Source: Picochlorum sp. SENEW3 (taxonomy: Eukaryota). From it: a stretch of DNA of 64,000 bases. Position numbers and translations under genes: made by a program. Location: contig CP120454.1 of NCBI GenBank assembly GCA_034226945.1, positions 62,001 to 126,000 on the forward strand, written 5' to 3'. Below are positions 47,529-59,028 of this stretch, piece after piece. The notes beneath the pieces were generated by a model. The model saw only the letters and a list, made by a program, of their open reading frames with translations. It was not told the origin of the DNA and did not search any database. Position 1 is the first letter of the stretch; each line of letters starts with the position of its first letter.

Positions 47529-48594
47529 CTACGCGTTATTCTCATCCAGACCACTGGGCCATGTTGTATTATGCGTTGATGAAAGAATAGAGTTTATAGC
47601 TTCTAAAGCATCCAAAAAGGCCGGGCTGTTTGCAGAATCAGTTGCCTCACCCAATGCCTTGAGGGCAGCTGCACAGTTGTCAGACACCTGCTGAGGCGTA
47701 CACATACCGACGAGCGTTGTGGCGATATGTTCATTTCGTAATGAATATTGAAGCGCGATGTCTGCTATATCTATGCCGAACTCATCGGCTTTCTGGGAAG
47801 CTTGCTTCGCAGCATCGATGAGTGTAGGTGGGGCTGGATGCCACGCAGGGGGTCCTCTGCGCGTTAAAAGCCCCATACACAAGGGGGACGCATTAATGAT
47901 ACCCACATGTTTTGATTCCAGGTACGGTATCATATCATCCAACGTATTATCGCATAATGTGTAATGGCAATAGCTCAAAATGCAATCCACGGTCCCTTCT
48001 GGTACTCTATCCAACACATACTTGAAGATGCCCAATGGCAGACCAGTAATGCCAATATGCCGCACCTTGCCTTCCTTTTTCAACTCCAGAAGGGCCGGAA
48101 GCGTCTCATTCACAATTTGATCTAATTTGACAAATTCCATGTCGTGACACTGGATCAGATCAATGTACGAAAGCCCCAGCCTTTGAAGACTCTCATCCAC
48201 GCTTGCCTTGACCCTCGGGGCACTAAAGTCAAAGAGTGTCTGGCCATACCGTCCAACCTTTGTTGCCACAACGATCTCATCCCTTGGGAGATCTGCTATA
48301 GCTCTCCCTAAAGCAGTCTCTGATTTCGTATCCCCATAGAATGGTGACGTATCGAAAAAGTTGATTCCCTTTTCAAACGCCAAGTGCACTGCCCGTTTCC
48401 CCTCTTCCGCATCGACCTCCTGCAATGCCAGATATCAATATCACCATTAATAATTAAAATAAATCAGAACTATTCATAAACGAGCATCGTACGTGAAAAA
48501 CGCCGCCGAGAGGAGAAGCACCGAAACCAAGGACTGAGACATGCAGCCCAGTATTTCCAAAGGGCCGCTTTGGTACTTGACCCATCGATTTCAT
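47529..48594 (-). CDS. GalDH: L-galactose dehydrogenase (aldo-keto reductase); intron 48420-48492
   Basis: RPFGNTGLHVSVLGFGASPLGGVFH|, GINFFDTSPFYG, TKVGRY, DLIQCHD, GPPAWHPA, TWPSG; start at 48594 or 48585. Confidence 0.92.
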
Positions 48595-48637
48595 ACCACC
48601 ACAAAAAATACTCTCTTCTTTTATTGTATTAAAAAAA

Positions 48638-49396
48638 TCAGCGCTCTTCTCTCGCCCATCGCAGGACATTCTTCACGGCAAAGAGGGCTACAAACCCACA
48701 TGTACTCAGAGTCAGCCCCCATCTGCCCACCGCGTGGCTCATAAGATATGGAAGGACGATATTGACGCCCATGTACTGCCATACTATGGCAACACAAGAC
48801 CCAAGAAGCCATCCAACCACGACCTGAGGCCATGTATGGTAGCCCAATATCACTCTCAGGCACGTCAGGAAAACTCCTCCAGCTACCAAGCTGGATGCCA
48901 AAGCCACGTTGCTCGTGGCCACCTCAACACCAGGTGAATGTTCTAAAAGCATCATACTTGGGTACATTGACAAAAAGGCCAGTGTGCTGGCGTGAGAGGA
49001 TGGCATTCCCGGATCTGATTTGCGTGCAGTAGGAGGACGTGAAGCATTGATCACAAACTTGAGCATCCTACACAGAATTGCCGAGATGACCCCACCGATG
49101 ATGCACCATGCAGTTATTTCATCTCTCTTGCTAATCAGAACGGTAAATGCAATGCCACTGACCACCCATTTTGTCGATTCATTAATGTATGCCAACACTG
49201 ACAAAGGCTCACTCTTCTCAACATGTGATGGCGAGTCACCTGATCCTTGCGACTCTTTCGATGACTTGACAGGACATACTATATGAGTCGATTGAATCAT
49301 AGGATGGCGATGAGTATGTACAGACAGGCGGCAAAACTGCTGTGTTCTGTTCAAACACAGCAGCGTGGGAACATGGCCAATGGGTCGTGAAATCAT
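48638..49396 (-). CDS. PAP2 family lipid phosphate phosphatase (LPP-epsilon / dolichyl-diphosphatase-like), plastid
   Basis: KxxxxxxRP, GMPSSH, RVILGYHTWPQV. Confidence 0.9.
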   Translation of the reverse strand: MISRPIGHVPTLLCLNRTQQFCRLSVHTHRHPMIQSTHIVCPVKSSKESQGSGDSPSHVEKSEPLSVLAYINESTKWVVSGIAFTVLISKRDEITAWCIIGGVISAILCRMLKFVINASRPPTARKSDPGMPSSHASTLAFLSMYPSMMLLEHSPGVEVATSNVALASSLVAGGVFLTCLRVILGYHTWPQVVVGWLLGSCVAIVWQYMGVNIVLPYLMSHAVGRWGLTLSTCGFVALFAVKNVLRWAREER

Positions 49397-49640
49397 GCGC
49401 CATCAATCCATGAAGAATATATTTCGTGTATTTATACATACAAAATAGGTATTCCCATTGTTGTTGGCATGGAGGAAGTCTTTCTTTCTTTCTTTTCAAG
49501 TGTTTTTTAAGGAATTCCTGATGCCATGCATATTGCATGATGATGCGCATTCTTCTTCAACATCATCAAACAAATGTATCTATATTGTTGACTCATGCCC
49601 TGTGCCAAAACAAAATCAGGGTGCAGGTTGAGACGGTAGC

Positions 49641-51890
49641 ATGAACGTGGGGAACGACTGGCCCAGTGCATTGGTGGATGGACTAGAAAAGGAGCTGCGT
49701 CATTCCACCTCGCCTCGAAATACATGTGCATTCTTAAAGTGGTATGAGAATGCGTGTGAGAACAAGGGATTGATGGGAATTGAAGGAGGTTTGAGTGAGC
49801 GCATTCGGTCCATGCGGGACAAATCTTTGAAGATTATTGTTTCCGAGGGCTCTTCATACGATCAAATTCGTATCTCTGCTTTATTTTTAACTATATATTC
49901 CAAATATGAAGAAATTGGTCGTTTTATATCGTGTTTTGCCGAGATTGGGGAAGTGGGTGTCTCTTGTATAAAGTCTGTTCAGAGGAAAGGGGCGGATGCT
50001 GCTACTGCTCGTGATGCGGCATTCGATGCTCTGTGGCATCTTTTAGAGGTTATGCTGAAGAGGCTGTATGCGCTACAGCACGTTGCATCGATAAAAAGGG
50101 AGGGTTCTGGTCTGGCAATGAAGGTTGGGAATTTGTGCAAGCAGAGTTTTGATCAGAAAAATCCTTCTTTGTGCCTGCTGTCTTGCGTTCGGGCTTGTCT
50201 GATTGCATTTCCAGGGTCGATGAAAAATGTTGAGGGATTTTTTAGGGATGCACTGGGGAAATTACTCATGAAGAGAGGGCCATGCCAATATGTTGCAGCA
50301 ACATGTTTTGCTCTTCTCCCGCGAATATCTGGGTCGAGTGAATCGTGGAGCCAGTATGGTCAGATGCTGCTGAAAACTATTGATAAAATATATCAGGAAT
50401 TGTTCGAGGGACTGCTGCATGGAGAGGACACAAGTCCTGCGATTGATTCTCATGCTCCCATGTTGCCAGTGACAGATGATGCGGCATCACAAGTTGAATT
50501 GTTCATGACATACTTTGAGAGCTTGCAAGGACTATCTGCATCTTTGCAGGAATTGATAATGCATGAGTTTTCTTCACCCGTACCAGTACCAATATCGGGC
50601 ATCATTTGGTTGGCGCAGAGGGCTCTTTCAGTGGATGTGACAAACATTCGGCGAGTTGAGCGGGTTGGTAGGACGACAGGTCAGGTTGCCCAGTTGGGAA
50701 TGTACGTATCTGAAGTTCAAAATATGATGTTAACCATACTCTTGACTATGATGGTGGTGTGTCAAGGAGCTATCCTTCCATATCTGTACAATCTGGGTGA
50801 AATGATTCTGAATGCCTTGGAGTCAACATGCTTGCTCAAGTCTCATGCCTCGGCAGATATTTCGGATGTCAACTTTGTTGTATCTTTGATACGTATAGCA
50901 AAGTGTATCATTGAAAAGGACGGTGTGACTGGCACAAGGCTGTTCTCGAAGGTTTTGGTAGAGCTGGCAAAATTAGAAATATACTTGACTGTTGAGGGAC
51001 AGGACACGCGGTATTTTACACAGAGACCCGATCATCAGAAAAGGCCGGACCAGATTCGACACAAGTATGCTGCAGAGATGCAAAATCGCGCATTGCTACT
51101 GCAAATCGATATTGTAGAGAGCCTCGAGATGATGTTATTGCATGGGGTATCAATCCTGGATCACAAAAGTCGAATACACCTTGAAGACTTTGTTCTTCAC
51201 ATGTCTAGGACTATATGTGATCTAGTGCACTACAAGTCCATGTACACCAAGTCAAATTGCGTGATTCTAAGAGAGTTGCAGAGTGCAATATTGAAGGCGT
51301 TGTCTGCATCCGTCTCTGCACCTTGTGTATATAGACCAGCCCATGCGGCAGAGGCCCTTCACCTATTTCGGCAAAACGCCTCCAGTTCTCTAGCGGAGCT
51401 CTCCAGCATCTGCATGTTCGCCATATCTCGACTGGAGAACTCTATGCATCCGAGGTCCCTTGGTTTGCTTCCGAAACCTGATGCAAAAGAAGCAAGAGCC
51501 CGAGAAGAGTATGGGATGCCATCATATTGGTCTTTTCTGGAATATGACGGGACAAAGAGGCCTACATTAGAAAAGGAAGAGGAACAGAACAAACATCAGC
51601 CTGCACAAGCACAACCAATGGATCAGGTGGAAAAGAGTACTGACATGGTTCAGCAATCCAGGAATCAGGCACCAGTTGATGCGCAACACAAGCGCAAGGT
51701 TGTTGAGAGTCCTCCATCAGAGCACACCAAGGTGCCTAAAAGTACCATTGATGATATAAAAATCAACATTTCCCGCCCCATACACCAAGAGCAAGATCAA
51801 AAAGAGCCAGATGTGCAAGATTTGAAGCCTTTTGATCAAGATTCAGAGGATTCCTTGCCTGACATTGACTCGGGTAGCGATTCGGAGTGA
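49641..51890 (+). CDS. RIX1/PELP1-like pre-rRNA processing protein
   Basis: Helical repeats, AFPGSMK, PVPVPI, MHPR motif, acidic LPDIDSG tail. Confidence 0.75.
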   Translation: MNVGNDWPSALVDGLEKELRHSTSPRNTCAFLKWYENACENKGLMGIEGGLSERIRSMRDKSLKIIVSEGSSYDQIRISALFLTIYSKYEEIGRFISCFAEIGEVGVSCIKSVQRKGADAATARDAAFDALWHLLEVMLKRLYALQHVASIKREGSGLAMKVGNLCKQSFDQKNPSLCLLSCVRACLIAFPGSMKNVEGFFRDALGKLLMKRGPCQYVAATCFALLPRISGSSESWSQYGQMLLKTIDKIYQELFEGLLHGEDTSPAIDSHAPMLPVTDDAASQVELFMTYFESLQGLSASLQELIMHEFSSPVPVPISGIIWLAQRALSVDVTNIRRVERVGRTTGQVAQLGMYVSEVQNMMLTILLTMMVVCQGAILPYLYNLGEMILNALESTCLLKSHASADISDVNFVVSLIRIAKCIIEKDGVTGTRLFSKVLVELAKLEIYLTVEGQDTRYFTQRPDHQKRPDQIRHKYAAEMQNRALLLQIDIVESLEMMLLHGVSILDHKSRIHLEDFVLHMSRTICDLVHYKSMYTKSNCVILRELQSAILKALSASVSAPCVYRPAHAAEALHLFRQNASSSLAELSSICMFAISRLENSMHPRSLGLLPKPDAKEARAREEYGMPSYWSFLEYDGTKRPTLEKEEEQNKHQPAQAQPMDQVEKSTDMVQQSRNQAPVDAQHKRKVVESPPSEHTKVPKSTIDDIKINISRPIHQEQDQKEPDVQDLKPFDQDSEDSLPDIDSGSDSE

Positions 51891-52059
51891 TGCTAATAAT
51901 ACCATTAAGTACGATATATTTATATATTTATGTAAACGTTGAACCAGCAGTATGGTTCATAGACCTTACGGTTTACGTAGCAGAGCAGGAAATATAATGC
52001 TGCATGTCAGTCGATAGTCACCCAAAACAACTATTCTATCGATGCATCTCATGACATAG

Positions 52060-53384
52060 ATGACTGACAGATTTAACCATATTCTCAAACATTTTCCGAC
52101 CATAGATCATGCGTTTGCGTATGGATCGGGTGTCTTTGGGCAGCCAGGTCTCTACGACAGAGTCAAGAAGAGGGCGGGAAAGCAGCCCATGATTGATTTT
52201 GTCTTTGCCGTGAGGGATCCAGTGCGTTGGCATCAAGAGGTGCGATGTCCCAGATGGATGGTTGATTGGTGGTAGATCCATGACGGGTTTGATCTTGAAT
52301 TGCAGAATATTGAATGCAACCCTATGCATTATTCCTTTGTATCAGCATGCGGGCCTACAGCGGTATGTTTCAGAATGAGTTTGTACTCCACTCACATATG
52401 TATGATGATTTGATGTGTCATGCGTAGGTACAATGGGCAACGGATACAATTGGCTCTGGGATTTATTACAACACGCTTGTTCCAGTTGGATCATCGGTAC
52501 GTCTGTCTTTTTCTATTGCACAGATGATGAGAAAACAAGAAAAAGAACCAACTTGTTGTTCATGCTTGTGTTTTCAGGTGATCAAGTATGGTGTGGTTTC
52601 GGTAGATACATTGAAACGTGATTTGAGGGATTGGGATACAATGTATCTTGCCGGCAGACTTCAGAAGCCAGTGAACACTCTCATCTCGAATGATGGCATT
52701 GTCTCGGCACAGAAGCTAAACATTGATTCGGCTATGAAGACTGCATTGTTGCTTTGTCCCAACACATTCAATGTTACAGAGTTATTGAAAATCATCTGCT
52801 CATTGAGCTATATCGGTGATATCCGACTAGGGTTTGCAGAGGATTCAAAAAAGGTTGAGCGGATTGTTAGAGGTATGTGGGTTTGTGCTCATGTGCTTTG
52901 AGTCACATCTCATGGGCACCTCTGTGTTTCAGGTTCTCATGATAGGCTGTTCGAAATGTATACGAATGGTATGGAAAAAGCGCTGGAAGCCAGCATGATT
53001 ACCCTTCTTGGACCCAGCCAATCTCTTGTCAATGCTCGATCAGTCTTTAGGAATACACTTTCTGTCTCGGATAGGACGCTTCTTTATGCCTCTCTCCCAA
53101 TAAATGTACTCAGAAATATTGTCAAGTTAAAACGAGGTGATAAACTCCCCAAATCTGCCAAATTGCTGACAACATCTGAACAGGCGGATATGACACACAG
53201 GCTTGATCTGGGGAAATATCTAGCCTCCTCTCCATACGGAGCTCTGGCACTACAGCGAGCCATGGCGTCGATTGTGAGAAGATCTAGCTTTAGACAAGGT
53301 CTTTTGGGTATTATATCTGCGGGCCCCTTTCGCTCTGCCAAATATCTCTCTGCCAAAGTTGCCAAGTACATGGCCTCAAGGTGA
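52060..53384 (+). CDS. TAM41: Mitochondrial phosphatidate cytidylyltransferase TAM41; 4 introns
   Basis: AFAYGSGVF, MIDFVFAV, NPMHYS, IYYN, IKYGVV, YLAGRLQKPV, LSYIGDIR. Confidence 0.95.
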
Positions 53385-53490
53385 GGCGTGTTTTGATGCA
53401 GTATCATAGGCTTTACAGCAAAACTTCAAAACAGTGAATGAATAACAAATAGTATCAACTATCATGCAAAATCAATAGTAATCTAGAACA

Positions 53491-55170
53491 TCAGACATCA
53501 CTCATATTACGCCCAAAGAGCTTGACACGAACCCAGTCAAAAAACACCATGGACATATTTCGAGGAGATACTTGCATCATTGTTTCCATTCCTCGCCACA
53601 AATGTCCGATGGCAAGCCCATGTAATGTACCCTTGTCGCCACCCACTGGCAAATCAAACGCAGCTTCATCGTGGCCTAGGTATGCAAGCTGCCCCAGATG
53701 TTTGTACTGAAAGGGAGCTGTCGTCTCCTTTACAACCACCTGTGCTGGCTGTTCCGCACTCTCCTTTTGAACTTTCATACTTCCATCATCTAGTAATTTA
53801 GCCAAATAAGCTGCTTCCTGGCGAGCCACCTGCGCTGTTGCTGGCAAAGGCCTGCCTTCCTCTTTGGGGTTGGCCATGACGGCACAATCACCCAAAGCCA
53901 AAATAGAGCCCTGAGATCCTTGCACCCTGAAGTATTCGTCGACGAAAAATCCTTTTCTTTCCGAGTCTCCAGGCTGAGGTTCCAATTTTGCTTTCAATCC
54001 CTTGACCAAGGGATGAGGCTGAACACCAGTGGCCCAAACACACGTACCATATGGTAGCCTTTCTTCCTCACCAGTTGCCAAATTTGTTGCCAGGAGAACA
54101 TCCTCTTCCACTCCAACAATCCTCTTGTTCAACATGATATCAACATGCTGCTTCTCGAGGAACAATTTCTGAGCATACTCACCAATAGATGGGCTGTATT
54201 GCCTGAGCACATGGTCTCCTGGATCCATCAGACTAATGCTCACATCTTCCAAGGGCACCTCTGGAAACAGTTTGACCATATCCTGAAGAACAAAATCGCT
54301 TAATTCTGCTGCCACCTCGACTCCAGTAGGACCACCACCAACAATGGTGACATTCAACAGCCTCTTCCTCAACTCTTCATTCTTCTCTGTGGCCTCCTCT
54401 GGATACTCCTTCATCCTACTCGTCAACTGAGCTGCCTGCTCATATCGCTTGTTCAAGTGGACTCGTAATGAGTGAGCATCCTCCACAGACTTTAAAAACC
54501 AACAGTGCTCCCTCACTCCAGGAACACCAAAATCAGCAGTCACACTCCCAACTGCCATCACCAACACGTCATACTTTAATACAAATGTATGATCGTGCTC
54601 GCCCGTCTTTTCTCCATTCTTCTTCTTTGCAGCACACACGCTGCAGAATGTCTTCTCACACAGCAATTCCTTCTTCTCTGGATCAACATCCAATACTGCT
54701 GCCTCAACAAAGGTGCCCTTCTCCTTCACCAAATTCCTCATCGGCTCAACAATAGAACGCTCTTCAACTAGTCCAGTTATCGTCGATGGCAGCAATGGTG
54801 TGTACAGGAAGTAGTTTCTGGGAGAAACCACTGTGATTGACACATCACTATCTTTCTGTTGCTTGCGCAACGTCTTCAAAAATGTCGCTGTCGCCCAACC
54901 ACTCCCAACAACCACAATTCTCTTCTTATCTGTGGCCTGATTGCCACTGGAGATGACTGCATCCACCACATCCCTCTCCTGGAACTCGTCCTGCATAGCA
55001 GCTGCTGCCTGAACACAATGTTTGCAATTGCTTCGGCGAGACACCCACGCCCTTCTCAGTACCACCTTGGAATCATAAACATGATTGCTATGCGTCATCG
55101 TATGCATTGGCCCAAGCATCCTCCTTGTGGAAAGATACGGTGACGGTGTCGTCACTGCACAGTGAGCCAT
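53491..55170 (-). CDS. Type II NAD(P)H dehydrogenase, probably plastid
   Basis: VVVGSGW, SPRNYFLYTPLLPS, GGGPTGVE, ALGDCA, PATAQVARQE, FQYKHLGQLAY. Confidence 0.93.
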   Translation of the reverse strand: MAHCAVTTPSPYLSTRRMLGPMHTMTHSNHVYDSKVVLRRAWVSRRSNCKHCVQAAAAMQDEFQERDVVDAVISSGNQATDKKRIVVVGSGWATATFLKTLRKQQKDSDVSITVVSPRNYFLYTPLLPSTITGLVEERSIVEPMRNLVKEKGTFVEAAVLDVDPEKKELLCEKTFCSVCAAKKKNGEKTGEHDHTFVLKYDVLVMAVGSVTADFGVPGVREHCWFLKSVEDAHSLRVHLNKRYEQAAQLTSRMKEYPEEATEKNEELRKRLLNVTIVGGGPTGVEVAAELSDFVLQDMVKLFPEVPLEDVSISLMDPGDHVLRQYSPSIGEYAQKLFLEKQHVDIMLNKRIVGVEEDVLLATNLATGEEERLPYGTCVWATGVQPHPLVKGLKAKLEPQPGDSERKGFFVDEYFRVQGSQGSILALGDCAVMANPKEEGRPLPATAQVARQEAAYLAKLLDDGSMKVQKESAEQPAQVVVKETTAPFQYKHLGQLAYLGHDEAAFDLPVGGDKGTLHGLAIGHLWRGMETMMQVSPRNMSMVFFDWVRVKLFGRNMSDV

Positions 55171-55365
55171 ATTAGGTGTGTATCTGTTCTCAACTCTACC
55201 CAAATACCAATATTCTCGTTATATATTTGTAGTAATTATAATAATTTCTTTGAATTGAAATAATGCAGATGTCATCGGAGACGAAACCGTTTCTAGATCC
55301 AAGTCTCGATGCGCATAACGCGATTGATGACGTGGCGCTGACCACGTGTCGCCATTGCAAGCCAA

Positions 55366-55677
55366 TCACAGCCCAACTGCCCTCAGGTTGGGTTCATACC
55401 AAGCGAGCCTCTTCTTTGTATGCTTCAATGCATTTTAATTCAAATCAAATAGTGTAATATCCGCATGTGGTGGGAATCTGGCCCTCATAAGATACCAGCC
55501 AGTGCCAACTCCAACATCCAGGTGTTTCTGCCCAACGAGAGCATTGTATTGCTCCAATTGGAGGGATTTTGGACATCTCCACGCTTTTGAATTAGAAATG
55601 TTCAGTACCCTGATATCATAAAATGATAGCACCAGAGGGCTATAGCATTTTGCACCCGGTTTGGTGTCAGGTTCCAT
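55366..55677 (-). pseudogene. Truncated class I SAM-dependent methyltransferase with an in-frame stop
   Basis: GAKCYSPLVLSFYD...SNSKAWRCP...HLDVGVGTGWYL...ITLFDLN*NALKHTKKRL: family-like sequence continues past TAA 55435-55437, then ends at TGA 55366-55368. Confidence 0.75.
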
Positions 55678-56175
55678 CCTGGTGTATATAGACACACTCA
55701 CTGGATGCAGATCCAATCCTGAATGTGTTTCAACCCAAAACAATCGTTTGATCGTTGATACTAATACACAGATTGAGTTAAAGATGGAATACGCTTCTTT
55801 CTGGCTAGCAATAACTGCAGATCCTATCTAGGAAGATTCAAAACAATTGGCAGCTACCTTGCCAAGGTCAATGAACATATACAGAGTGATACACAGGCAA
55901 AGATGTAAACAACAACACATCGTGTGATTGATGTTTTTCTTCCATATGTACGTCTTAGTGAGAGCTATTGCGCTGTAAAATCACCATGGCCCGCTCTGAG
56001 TGAACGGTATGGCATGACCTATGCAATTTGCATTCCAACTTGGCAATGGCAAAGGTATTTGTTTTCAAATGTCTTTTTACAGAACTTTTCCCAAGAACCA
56101 AAAGCAGAGGTACATGATCAATCCAAATCATTTGAGTAAGTATCTGATCTAACTTTGATTGTAAAATAATTCATC

Positions 56176-57051
56176 ATGGCAGCATTGGCCAATGTTGCAC
56201 GCAATGGATTGCGTTGGACTTCCATGAGTCTGAAACGCACCCTTCTGCAGACAGAGCAGTGTATGGACGAGTCTTCCCTTTCCATGGCATTTTCTAGACT
56301 CTTTAGGATGGAAATTTCATCATCATCTGCAGCAACAAGCGATGCAATGAGGAAAGAATCCATGTTTCATAAAACTCGAGTAGAGCAGCGGCAACTGGGG
56401 CAGGTGCGGCATCGTGCCATGAGCGTGCTTTCTACTATACAAATAACTCATCTGCTTGAATTCAACATGTAGGCGCGGTATCATGCTGGTAGATGGTCTC
56501 ATCAGGCCGATGGGGATGGGCCTTCTTCTTCTCCTGTAGGAACCCAGGAGGCCACATCCTCCGGGATGAATCCATTGCAGCAGGTTCCAGTGGCCCCGAC
56601 ACAAAAGGATACTGGTAGAGAGCAGCTTGCTTTCTCTCCATCAAGGGCTGGGGAGAAGAGAGCGCGTGCCATTCTTAGAGGTGCTCGAATTGGTCCAAGG
56701 AAGCTCAACACTTTTGTAGATGTACTTCGGGGTCTGCATATCGAGGATGCATTGATTCAATGCCAAGTTCACCATAAAAAGGCTGCCAGGATGTGTGAGA
56801 AGCTTTTACGGTCGGCGAAAGCGAACGCAGTGACGAATCACGGACTTGATCCAGAAAATCTCAAGGTGGAGCAAGCATGGGTTGGAAAGGGTCAGTATCT
56901 GCGACGGATCTCCATCCACGGGCGAGGCAGATCTGGTGTGATGCACAAGACTCGATCCCATTTGACTGTGATACTAAAGGAAGAAGCGACACCTCGGAGG
57001 ACGAAAATCATCCCCATGCTTCAGGAACGGAAAAAGTGGAGACGGGATGGA

Positions 57052-57081
<30 letters not shown>
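56176..57081 (+). CDS. Mitochondrial ribosomal protein uL22m; probably 2 introns in the 5' part
   Basis: RIGPRKLN, LRGLHIEDALIQC, SAKANA, VGKG, HGRGRSG, SHLTVIL; presequence-like exon 1. Confidence 0.88.
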
Positions 57082-57083
<2 letters not shown>

Positions 57084-57093
57084 ATAGTCTTAT

Positions 57094-58257
57094 TCATGCC
57101 TCGGGGGTATATAATGGGTCGACATTTTTCTTTTCCTCTTCAACAAGATGCTCGCGCATCGTATTCTCAAACTTGGTGGTATTGGCTCCAGTACAGCTCC
57201 CCAACAATGCTCCATTCCTGAAAAAGAAGAAGGCTGGTGTCACGCGAATCTGCAATTCTTCCTTGAATAAATGCTTGGTATTATCATTTTCATTTCCTAG
57301 CAATTTCAAAAACACCACAGACTCGTACGCTTTGGCACACTTGTCATACTTTGGCGCAATCTTCTTGCATGGCCTGCACCATGTTAAAGATGCAAACAGA
57401 ACAATCGTTTTATCCTTCTCCGTCTCCAATATCTGCTTAAATTGCTCCTCCGACGACACAGAATGCACCACTCCCGGTGCCAACCCTGGCACAGGCGGTG
57501 GGTCATCCTCCACCGCCTGGCGTGGTGTCACTGCAGCATACTGCACCATTTCAGACAGATCAGGAAGCGCCTCTTCAAACCGACACAGCCTCAAAAACTC
57601 TGAGAAATCAATCTGACCGTCGTGATTCAAATCAAACCGCGACATCAAATTGCAAATCTCTTCGTAATCCCCCAACGGACTCTCCACCTTGTTGAAAAAC
57701 TGATACAGCTCTGTAGGGCCAACAGTCCCATTTCCACCCGTATCCAATGCATCAAACAACCTCCGATAATCCTCCAATGCCATTGTCAGAAACACATTAT
57801 CACTCACAAGCTTTTTAAACTCATCAATATCGATCAAATCATTCCCATCAACGTCATATTGGTTGAAAATAGCATTCAAATCGTCCTCCGTCAACCACGA
57901 GAACTCGACTGCCTCAGACCCTTCCCCAACAGACTCAAGCACAGCCCTCAACTCTTCTTTATTCAAAACACCATCGCCATTCGCATCAGCTTTAGCAAAC
58001 AACTCCATATGCCTGTCAATAATCCTCGCTGACGTATCGTCAATGGACGCAGTCGAGGGTTTCCACGCATCCGATGCTTGTGTCGAGTGTGCCTTGCAAT
58101 CACAAGACCGTACTGTATTTCCAAGCATCTTGGAAGGGCGATAATGTCCGATACTGGACGACATGGTTGTAGGACCTCGTGGTGCTACGACAGTTGGGTG
58201 ACCCAAACCCAAAGCATTCCGAGGTGCATTCTTGCATATCATGGACTTTTCCATCAT
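57094..58257 (-). CDS. CRX: Calredoxin (4 EF-hands plus thioredoxin), plastid
   Basis: EF loops DANGDGVLNKEE, DVDGNDLIDIDE, DTGGNGTVGPTE, DLNHDGQIDFSE; WCRPC active site. Confidence 0.92.
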   Translation of the reverse strand: MMEKSMICKNAPRNALGLGHPTVVAPRGPTTMSSSIGHYRPSKMLGNTVRSCDCKAHSTQASDAWKPSTASIDDTSARIIDRHMELFAKADANGDGVLNKEELRAVLESVGEGSEAVEFSWLTEDDLNAIFNQYDVDGNDLIDIDEFKKLVSDNVFLTMALEDYRRLFDALDTGGNGTVGPTELYQFFNKVESPLGDYEEICNLMSRFDLNHDGQIDFSEFLRLCRFEEALPDLSEMVQYAAVTPRQAVEDDPPPVPGLAPGVVHSVSSEEQFKQILETEKDKTIVLFASLTWCRPCKKIAPKYDKCAKAYESVVFLKLLGNENDNTKHLFKEELQIRVTPAFFFFRNGALLGSCTGANTTKFENTMREHLVEEEKKNVDPLYTPEA

Positions 58258-58325
58258 TACTTAAAATAATATTCTTCTGAATGCATCCCAAGGGCTGCGT
58301 CATCCCTTGAGGAAATCTACCACTA

Positions 58326-58994
58326 CTATGTTGATGCTGATTGCTGGTCACTCAAGTACTGGTTGATTTCCTCTGGACTCATCCCCTCGAACGGATCCTT
58401 GGCATTCGCTCCAGTCACATCCTGTACATAGACTTGTATCTCCTCTGGGGACAAGCCTTCAAATGGGTCGTCTTCCTCTTCCAGGACGCTGGACCCAGCC
58501 AGGATCATTCGAGCCTTTTGTTTCTTCAGTTCTTCCATTCTCGTCTTCCTACTCTCCTCCTCTTCAACCTCTTTCGGATCTTTCTTATTCCAATGCCCTG
58601 CTCTATTGAATAGAAATATGGCAACAGCGACGACAAACACTCCCCAATAGTATTTCTCCCAGGTGGACAGAGCTCCTCCCTGGAGTTGCCTCTTCTCCCA
58701 TGGAAACATCATGGATGACACCACATCCTCTCCTCTATCACTAGGCTGCTGCTGAGATGTAGACGCTGTGCCAGGATCCTCGGAAGGGTTGGATCGTGTC
58801 GCCATGCCGTGTGCTACGCTAGTCCTTTCTGGGAATTTGGCCTTTCTGGCCGCTTCTGCTATATCATCTGGTAGCGATGACATTCGACACTCTGCAGATA
58901 TCCGCGCATATTGCTCAGCAGCGCTCGTCCGCTCCAGACTGCTACACTGTGACAAGACAGCACGGGCCAGTCGCCGACTTGAATGCCGCAACAT
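58326..58994 (-). CDS. Unknown mitochondrion-targeted single-TM protein
   Basis: Arg/Ser-rich presequence, TM YYWGVFVVAVAIFLF, duplicated DPFEGxSPEEI. Confidence 0.7.
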   Translation of the reverse strand: MLRHSSRRLARAVLSQCSSLERTSAAEQYARISAECRMSSLPDDIAEAARKAKFPERTSVAHGMATRSNPSEDPGTASTSQQQPSDRGEDVVSSMMFPWEKRQLQGGALSTWEKYYWGVFVVAVAIFLFNRAGHWNKKDPKEVEEEESRKTRMEELKKQKARMILAGSSVLEEEDDPFEGLSPEEIQVYVQDVTGANAKDPFEGMSPEEINQYLSDQQSAST

Positions 58995-59028
58995 GCCTTT
59001 TTTACATGAATAAATAAAACTAGTTCTA

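Noticed and set aside
57051..57075. Poly-Thr tail of uL22m
   Set aside because: An (ACA)n microsatellite at a tolerant C-terminus.
57094..58257. EF-hand/thioredoxin fusion as a novelty
   Set aside because: Already described as calredoxin in green algae.
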